From a virus (lineage: Duplodnaviria > Caudoviricetes): DNA of 64,000 nt. The position numbers and the translations under genes are program-made. This document shows positions 59,001 to 64,000 of the stretch, one piece after another. The stretch covers positions 1-64,000 of IMG/VR virus record IMGVR_UViG_2927464213_000002; one strand, 5' to 3'. Numbering within the stretch: the stretch's first letter is position 1; each line of letters begins with the position of its first letter. The notes beneath the pieces were generated by a model. The model ran no database searches and was not told where the DNA came from. It saw nothing but the letters and a program-made list of their open reading frames with translations.

Positions 59001-60002
59001 ACTTGTCGCTGTTTCTTTTTTGTACTCGTTGATGAGATCCGCGTCCTGAGGGTGAGGATTTAGCTCAGTGCGGGCTGTGACCGTCACTCCGCCCGTCGAC
59101 TGGAAGGTCCGGAGATGGTTCAATTCCTCTGACCAACTGCCAGCTTGCTGCGACGCACTGTGCTGCGCAGCGGCGTCGCCGACCTGCATCGACTCCATCA
59201 GGGCCGCGTCTTTGGGATCAAAATGGCGCTCGGGCTCCATCGCCTTAGCGCCGGCCTGCGATTTTCGGAGTTGAGCCAGAGCGGCACCGATCCTCGAATC
59301 AGCACCGGCGCCCTTCTTATAGCTATTGACATCTTCATCCAACGCCCCGCCGGAAAGCCGAGTAGCAATGCCCTTCTTGTTGTTTTCACGCAGGTAGTGA
59401 CCGAAACTGCGAAGAGCAGTTGCATACATCCTGCCGGTACTTGTCGCTGTTTCTTTTTTGTACTCGTTGATGAGATCCGCGTCCTGAGGGTGAGGATTTA
59501 GCTCAGTGCGGGCTGTGACCGTCACTCCGCCCGTCGACTGGAAGGTCCGGAGATGGTTCAATGCCGCAAGGATATTCGAGGGACGCCTCTTTTCGAACTC
59601 GCGTGCATCATGGGTCAGCGACGGGTCGTTGAGCCGAGCAACAATGCTCGTTTTGTTATTTGCGAAGAGCCAGCCGCCAAAGCTGCGAAGTGAAGTTAGA
59701 TAGTCCCCAGCGTTGCGGTGGGTGGGGTTGCCGATAAGGGCCTTCTCAAGCCCCGAAATAAGGCGAGCGTCCTCGGAATAAAGGAGATGCTTGCCCTGCC
59801 GTCCTATCAAAACCCAAGTTGACTGAGCCGACTGCAGCGCCGAGGCGGCCGGCATTGCTCCACCACCTCCATCTGAGTTGGCGATCTCGCTCAATTGCCG
59901 CTCAAAGGTCGCCGCGGCTGCGGACGGAGCCGCGGGTGAGCTCTCTTGCGGGCCCGTGCTGTCCGATTGTTCATGCACCGACTTGGTCGAGGGGAAATCC
60001 AT
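56016..60002 (-). CDS. nopD: NopD/Bel2-5-like type III effector with C-terminal C48 (Ulp1-like) SUMO protease
   Basis: WLGDQHI, GNHWSLL, YDS, QQNTYDCGVFV (H-D-C triad); tandem repeats; NLS-like RPAKRPR; upstream tts box. Confidence 0.85.
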   Translation of the reverse strand: MDFPSTKSVHEQSDSTGPQESSPAAPSAAAATFERQLSEIANSDGGGGAMPAASALQSAQSTWVLIGRQGKHLLYSEDARLISGLEKALIGNPTHRNAGDYLTSLRSFGGWLFANNKTSIVARLNDPSLTHDAREFEKRRPSNILAALNHLRTFQSTGGVTVTARTELNPHPQDADLINEYKKETATSTGRMYATALRSFGHYLRENNKKGIATRLSGGALDEDVNSYKKGAGADSRIGAALAQLRKSQAGAKAMEPERHFDPKDAALMESMQVGDAAAQHSASQQAGSWSEELNHLRTFQSTGGVTVTARTELNPHPQDADLINEYKKETATSTGRMYATALRSFGHYLRENNKKGIATRLSGGALDEDINSYKKGAGADSRIGAALAQLRKSQAGANAMELERHIDPKDAALMESMQVGDAAAQHSASQQAGSWPEEFLPAEGHDQDLGRMDEPGPSSSAPQPAQSTGILRGRRKPLYSEDAPLISGLEEALRSGNAAERTAKDLVGPLRAFGRWLLANNKTSIVDRLEKESLTDDAREFIEKGKGSRLLIRSIGLLRTFQSTGGVTVTATTELNPYLQDAALIIEYQNEAATSTGGVYATALRSFGHHLRENNKKGIATRLSGGALDEDVEAYKKDFGGIRTIDAALGQLRKSQAGAKAMERERYISPGPDPEGAALMEPRRAGDAAAQHSSQEVGSWPEKLLPAERHEQDLVLGLMDEPGPSSSLEPVARHDQASDPGDSIRPLNWRRDGQQFSEEPMAALARSNLPPSEEILINDEQDAAELRPAKRPRTLDNPQGLAIERLLSEIAATPAPTHQQGASPWHAQPMMQASGHEDATAPHAAATYVAGAAAQHSAPQGAVSRPLVLPEGYDRDLRLMGKDGPSWPEVPPGQAQDIVQAGRQQPAWSASTWSPQMPLDFDWSMWPTLEAAPAPAARARSGTYGGLESLVHLDAPTPSELRDDAHFAAAPAARARSGTYGGLESLVHLDAPTPSELRDDAHFAPAPAARARSDTYGGLESLVHLDAPTPSELRDDAHFAPAPAARARSDTYGGLESLVHLDAPTPSELRDDAHFAAAPFARARSDAYRGFPLVDLTAPTPSESRDDANSVRPFPSTSANAQIGALDPTVSSHGHGLVLDDTEWLGDQHIDRDYGLQEQDLQRNDPDLAARTRFVNPLIALNYLRSNDDGVVLTEFQRIVYDDNGNDTADFLFLPVINGNPEDPNSRGNHWSLLFVDRSDRWRPVAYHYDSYGGLNNRDAAHLARRLNLPLELADMAQQQNTYDCGVFVVDGTRELVRQLAQGWEPDQLNLSNVVANRQALQNRLRG
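56680..57200 (-). repeat. 108-bp (36-aa) tandem repeat, 4 near-identical copies plus 1 degenerate
   Basis: TYGGLESLVHLDAPTPSELRDDAHFAPAPAARARS units. Confidence 0.9.
58696..59561 (-). repeat. 438-bp (146-aa) near-identical tandem duplication
   Basis: Identical segments offset by 438 bp (e.g. 59083 and 59521); a third, diverged copy lies at ~57900-58330. Confidence 0.9.
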
Positions 60003-60150
60003 CCGTTCTCACCTTCAAAATATGAACATGGGCTTCGATCTGACATGCTGGGAATCAGCAACAAACCACCCTTTACGGCCCTCGACAGGCGCGCACCGTG
60101 AGCATCGGCAGCCGATGTTTTTGCAAGGCGACCAGCCCTGTATGTTTTGT

Positions 60151-60180
60151 TAAATGGGGAAGCTGTCGAGAACCTGATGA
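60151..60180 (-). promoter_or_regulatory. tts box (TtsI-binding promoter element)
   Basis: TCATCAGGTTCTCGACAG-N10-TA matches the tcGTCAG-N5-CGnnAG-N10-TA pattern, ~150 bp upstream of the effector. Confidence 0.8.
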
Positions 60181-60673
60181 CGACAATTGCCGCGCCAAGA
60201 CAGCATGGTGCATGTGCCTGCGCGCTTCGCCGTCAACAGCCGAGAGACCGAAGATACCGAAGATTCAGAGACAAAATACTGCTTCTCATCGGTGAGGCGT
60301 ACGGCCAGCTTTCGCGGCTCCAGCCAACATCTTGACAGGATGCGCTGAACGCGCGAGGCAAAAATCGAAACGCAACCACTTTTGGTGCCTTACAATTCAG
60401 TATTGATCTTAAGACGCCTATTGCTGAATCGGCTTGCAAATTTTGGACGCCGATCCCCCGGCTTAGGGGGGCAGAATTGCAGAATGACACCCACGTCACC
60501 CCAATAGACGAACCATTCACCTGGTCGGTGCTCGTCGTTGTCCCGGCGTCGGGTAAGCTGGGTCAATTGGGACGAACCTGTGGTTTCTGACACTCGGTGC
60601 GGGGTGGAGCGCTTCGCGCTCAGTCCATACCGTAACAGGGCGGCTGGCTGGCCTTACCGGGATTTGTAAGGGA

Positions 60674-60798
60674 CCACCGGCATCTGGTGCCGCGGCATCT
60701 CGTGCCGGTACCACCGGCATCTCGTGCCGGTACCACCGGCATCTGGTGCCGGTACCACCGGAATCTCCTGCCGGTACCACCGGCACCAGGTGCCTACT
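60674..60798 (+). repeat. six 22-bp iteron-like dyad repeats CCACCGGCATCTSGTGCCGGTA
   Basis: Read directly; a short deletion lies at the unit 1/2 junction; flanked by a 13-bp direct repeat (60642, 60843). Confidence 0.9.
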
Positions 60799-60914
60799 AA
60801 CCTATCAAGAAACAACACTGAACCAACATTGAACCCAAAGAGGGCTGGCTGGCCTGTCGTTTGCATTAATTGGAGCGTCATGATAGCGAAAAGCAAACGA
60901 CACCATAGGCGGAG

Positions 60915-61448
60915 ATGATCGAAGTGGACCAGGCCGAGAAGAAGCGCAAGCGCAGAGAGCCGTTTGCGACGGTCTGGGACGAGTACATCGGAAGAGCCCG
61001 CCAAGGCGCCGAGAGCAGGGGACTGAAGTTCGAAATCGATGCCCGCTACATCGAGCAGCTGTTTGCTGAACAAAACGACCGGTGCCGCATCAGCGGCCTC
61101 CCGCTGACGGCCGACCGGAAGGTTATGCACCCGACCGCGTCGCTCGACCGCATCGAAAGCCACCGAGGCTACGAGAAGGGCAACGTGCAGTGGATCCACA
61201 AGGTCGTGAACATCATGAAGAGCGACCATGACGAGGAATACTTCATCGCGATGTGCTCGCAGATCGCGGCGCACCGCGGAAACCCTGACGGACTGACGTC
61301 AAGGGAGCGAGCCGCGCTCGCCGGCCAGGCTCAGTGCTCGAAGCCCGCGAAGCGCACTTCCGGCACCCACAATTTCAAGACAGCGCCGAAGCCTGTCCGG
61401 CCGCCGGCCCCGGATCAGTTCGCCTCGGCGGGAGGGATGCTGTTCTGA
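60915..61448 (+). CDS. HNH/His-Me finger-like phage endonuclease
   Basis: Q..RC.ISG.PL, SLDRI.S..GY..GNVQW....VN.MK. Confidence 0.75.
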   Translation: MIEVDQAEKKRKRREPFATVWDEYIGRARQGAESRGLKFEIDARYIEQLFAEQNDRCRISGLPLTADRKVMHPTASLDRIESHRGYEKGNVQWIHKVVNIMKSDHDEEYFIAMCSQIAAHRGNPDGLTSRERAALAGQAQCSKPAKRTSGTHNFKTAPKPVRPPAPDQFASAGGMLF

Positions 61449-61625
61449 GTGGCATTTCTGCACCACTTGGACCCTCGTTTGCATTCTTTTGATCGACCCT
61501 TGACGGAAACTGCATATGGGGGTATCTACTGCGCTACGTTAGCATTCGTGCAAACGGCCATCATCAAGCCCCCAACCCAGCCAGCCGGTTCCCGCCGGAC
61601 TGGCCGGCGCGGGCAGAGGAACCCA

Positions 61626-61754
61626 ATGACCCTCACGGACCTGCAATTCGTGGCGGCACTCGGCGTGCTCACCATGAAATTGCTCGTCCTGACCTTCGGG
61701 GCGCTCGCCATCACCTCGATGGCGTTTGTGATCACCGCCGTCTGCAAACGCTGA
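61626..61754 (+). CDS. small membrane protein
   Basis: GAGGA RBS; hydrophobic. Confidence 0.5.
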   Translation: MTLTDLQFVAALGVLTMKLLVLTFGALAITSMAFVITAVCKR

Positions 61755-61817
61755 CACCAAGTTACCCAGAGCCCGGTCTCGCCCACGGCAGACCGGGGCA
61801 CCCTTTCCGGAGCGACC

Positions 61818-62111
61818 ATGCCTCGCAGACGCCGACGCCAGGAAGAAGATCTCGTTCATGCCGCCGTCGAGGCGTTGGAGGATGAGATCCGATGCTGGCA
61901 GCAGCGGGAGAGGCCGTATTCCGGCGACATGGTCACGCTGACGCGCTGGCCGCTCAGCCGCATTGCTGGACCAATCGGTCCTGCCGAGGTCGACGCTCAG
62001 GCGATGCAGACCATCGAGCACATCGATCTTCAGAAAAACGAGGTTCCGTTCTTCCTCCGCTATCGCGGCATGGAGGCGGCGATCAAGAAGATCCGCGAGC
62101 TGGAAGCATGA
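61818..62111 (+). CDS. hypothetical protein
   Basis: GGAG RBS; coupled downstream. Confidence 0.6.
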   Translation: MPRRRRRQEEDLVHAAVEALEDEIRCWQQRERPYSGDMVTLTRWPLSRIAGPIGPAEVDAQAMQTIEHIDLQKNEVPFFLRYRGMEAAIKKIRELEA

Positions 62112-62356
62112 AGCAGCTCGGTGACATCCTGCTGGGCCTCGGGCTCGGCCTCACGATCGCGGCCCTGATCGCCAACAACTGGCGGCGGTCGAAGCCTCGC
62201 GTCCATGGCTGGAGCGAAGCCGACGCCGAGCTGCTGACGATGCCGGCGCACGAGCGCCTGGCCCGGCAGCTCGCCGTCCGGGCAGGCGCCCCCGAGTTCA
62301 TGTGGCGGCGGTACACGCCGCTCGCCGTTTCGATCATCCTGAGGAAGCCGTCATGA
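62108..62356 (+). CDS. membrane-anchored hypothetical protein
   Basis: ATGA coupling; N-terminal TM helix. Confidence 0.55.
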   Translation: MKQLGDILLGLGLGLTIAALIANNWRRSKPRVHGWSEADAELLTMPAHERLARQLAVRAGAPEFMWRRYTPLAVSIILRKPS

Positions 62357-62487
62357 GCCGTCGTCGCCAGCTGCAGATCATCCGCGATCAGATCCACGCC
62401 GAGATGCGGGACGGCCTGACGCAGACCATGCTGATCGCCTTCCTGGTGATCGCCGCGATCGACGTCATCGCCCGGAACATCCACTGA
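62353..62487 (+). CDS. small membrane protein
   Basis: Coupled on both sides. Confidence 0.5.
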   Translation: MSRRRQLQIIRDQIHAEMRDGLTQTMLIAFLVIAAIDVIARNIH

Positions 62488-62822
62488 TGGCGCGGACTGG
62501 CAATTACCAGATCCCGTTCGACGAGGCCGGTAACCAGCTCCATTACCCGGAGGTCTGGACCTTCGTGAACGGCAAGCGCGGCGACGTCGTCTGGCGCGAC
62601 AACGTGCCGTTCCAGGCCAAGCTGACCTACACCGGCTTCAACCGCGGCCGGTCGGCGGCCTACCTCGACTTCACCGACGAGAACGGCAAGTCGGTCACCT
62701 TCTTCATGAAGGACTTCGACAAGCTCGTCCCGCACCTGAGCGGGGGCGCCGTCACCGGCACATTCATCTTCGTCAAGCGCGGCCAGAACTACGGCTGCCA
62801 GCTGATCGAGCCCGTCGCGTGA
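62487..62822 (+). CDS. conserved phage hypothetical protein
   Basis: W.DN..F.A.L......RGRSAAY, G.F.FVKRGQNYG. Confidence 0.75.
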   Translation: MARTGNYQIPFDEAGNQLHYPEVWTFVNGKRGDVVWRDNVPFQAKLTYTGFNRGRSAAYLDFTDENGKSVTFFMKDFDKLVPHLSGGAVTGTFIFVKRGQNYGCQLIEPVA

Positions 62823-63014
62823 GCGTCGGCCAGGGCAAGGCGCTTCGCGCTCACCAGCACAAGATGAACCGCAAGCAGGACATCTCCGATCGCCGCGGTC
62901 GCGAGTTGCAGGAGCGCGTCGAGCAGCGCCGCAAGGCGAGGCAGCTCCGCAAACCAGTTTCCAAGAGCCCGTGATCTGCTCCGAGCAGCACGGGTCCACC
63001 CTTCAGAGAGAACC

Positions 63015-63194
63015 ATGCCCGCCAAGAAGACCGCCGAGAAGTCCGCAGCCGTCATCACGGTCAAGGACGCGCCCGAGATGACCAAGCGCGGCCGGCGCCA
63101 GGTCGCCGAGTGGATGCGCAAGCAGGCCGACTTCCTGGAGTTCGAGGGCAAGGCGTTCTCGAAGCGCTTCACCGCGCGCTACCTCTATCGCTGA
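63015..63194 (+). CDS. 59-aa hypothetical protein (not in the ORF track)
   Basis: MPAKKTAEKSAAVITVKDAPEMTKRGRRQVAEWMRKQA...FTARYLYR*; strong codon bias. Confidence 0.6.
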   Translation: MPAKKTAEKSAAVITVKDAPEMTKRGRRQVAEWMRKQADFLEFEGKAFSKRFTARYLYR

Positions 63195-63212
63195 TGGCCA
63201 GCGATACCTGCG

Positions 63213-63602
63213 ATGCCTGCGGCAAAACGGAAGAAGGCGTCGCCTGGTTCGCAGCAGCCTTTCGAAAGGTACGGCTTAAAAAAGATAAGCCTGATCCCGG
63301 AAACCTCTGCGGAGGATGCGCCGGCTCCATCACCGGAAAAGAAATCGGTGCCGAAGTCTCCGGCCGAGCCAAGGCCTGATCCGATCTCGACCAGCCCGTT
63401 CGCGTTGCAAGCCTACGAGCTGATCAAGGTTCTGGATCCGCTCGTCGGTGTGGCCGAGGCGACCTTCTTCATGAACCGCAGCAACGAAATGCTCGGCGGC
63501 ATCACCCCGGTGACCGCGATCAAGCAAGGCCGGCTCGACGACGTCAAGCGCGCCGTGCGCGCGGTCGCAGCAGAGAAGGGCGTCTTCCAGACGCCGTTGT
63601 GA
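63213..63602 (+). CDS. protein with Xre/MbcA/ParS antitoxin C-terminal domain
   Basis: A..FMNRSN.MLGG.TP...I..GR...V. Confidence 0.6.
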   Translation: MPAAKRKKASPGSQQPFERYGLKKISLIPETSAEDAPAPSPEKKSVPKSPAEPRPDPISTSPFALQAYELIKVLDPLVGVAEATFFMNRSNEMLGGITPVTAIKQGRLDDVKRAVRAVAAEKGVFQTPL

Positions 63603-63719
63603 TGAAGACCAAAACCCGGAAGCCGGCGAAGCGGTATCGACCGCTCGCTTGCGGCTGCTGCGACAGCATCGACTGTCGCGAAACCATCAACCATCAAATC
63701 GAGTGGCGCGAGGCACAAG

Positions 63720-63986
63720 ATGAGCTTGCAGACGATCACCCCGTGGTGCGCCGTAGTTGCGGCGAGCGAGACGATCGCTAGGCAGTACATGGACGCCTTC
63801 AAGCTCTCGTCCGAGATCTGGGATGCGCGCCAGCACGACACGGCGCTCGGCGCCCAGTACGAGCACATCGTGCTGATCCGGCCGCACTGGCGCATGGCGC
63901 CCGCCGAGGTCGCCCACTTCGAAAGGAACGTCCTGCCGATGTGGCTGACCCGCCTGTCGCCGAACGGCAAACTGAAAGTCATCTGA
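63720..63986 (+). CDS. hypothetical protein
   Basis: GAGG RBS; good codon bias. Confidence 0.55.
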   Translation: MSLQTITPWCAVVAASETIARQYMDAFKLSSEIWDARQHDTALGAQYEHIVLIRPHWRMAPAEVAHFERNVLPMWLTRLSPNGKLKVI

Positions 63987-64000
63987 GGACATCATGGACG

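Larger units (their letters stand above)
1..64000. mobile_element. Large temperate phage/prophage (early, replication and regulatory arm) with an internal cargo insertion; ends lie outside the window
   Basis: Dense, co-oriented, overlapping ORFs; phage hallmark genes (excisionase-like, CI-like, YqaJ, primase-helicase, rIIA, ligase, NrdJ, ThyX); IS remnants and pseudogenes suggest an integrated state. Confidence 0.9.

Noticed and set aside
60380-60660. IS66 right end forming a composite transposon around the effector
   Set aside because: CTTAC occurrences (~60389, ~60654) lack IR similarity and the target repeat, which is already found at 54628
60674-60798. CRISPR array
   Set aside because: Repeats are contiguous with no unique spacers and no cas genes; they match the initiator iterons instead

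Overview
The window is mostly the early/replication arm of a large temperate alphaproteobacterial phage, probably a decaying prophage in a Bradyrhizobium-like host (inferred from the cargo). Positions 1-53.4 kb are densely packed, mainly minus-strand genes. They include an AlpA-like excisionase, ThyX, a TAXI-type binding protein, two MazG-like proteins, class II RNR (NrdJ), a YqaJ exonuclease with a putative annealing protein, DnaQ, an RlmN-like radical SAM enzyme, SSB, a split primase-helicase, an O-like initiator with iterons, RuvC, CI/Cro-like regulators, an ATP-dependent ligase with an internal stop, a UvrD-like helicase, rIIA/rIIB-like genes, an M28 peptidase, an HD alarmone hydrolase and many small hypotheticals. 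At 54.4-60.5 kb a host-type cargo block is present: IS66 and IS256 remnants, a phasin, and a NopD/Bel2-5-like type III effector with a C48 SUMO protease and an upstream tts box. Plus-strand phage genes resume at about 60.9 kb. Notable patterns: (i) many phage proteins carry ssrA-tag-like ANDN...AA tails; (ii) a 16-bp TTTGCATTCAWGCAAA dyad occurs about 19 times near gene junctions; (iii) a second, inverted, non-coding copy of the initiator's iteron/origin region lies 40 kb away; (iv) a 110-nt tRNA-like RNA, other structured non-coding segments and an ArfA-like peptide are present. All calls come from reading motifs by eye; no database searches were run.
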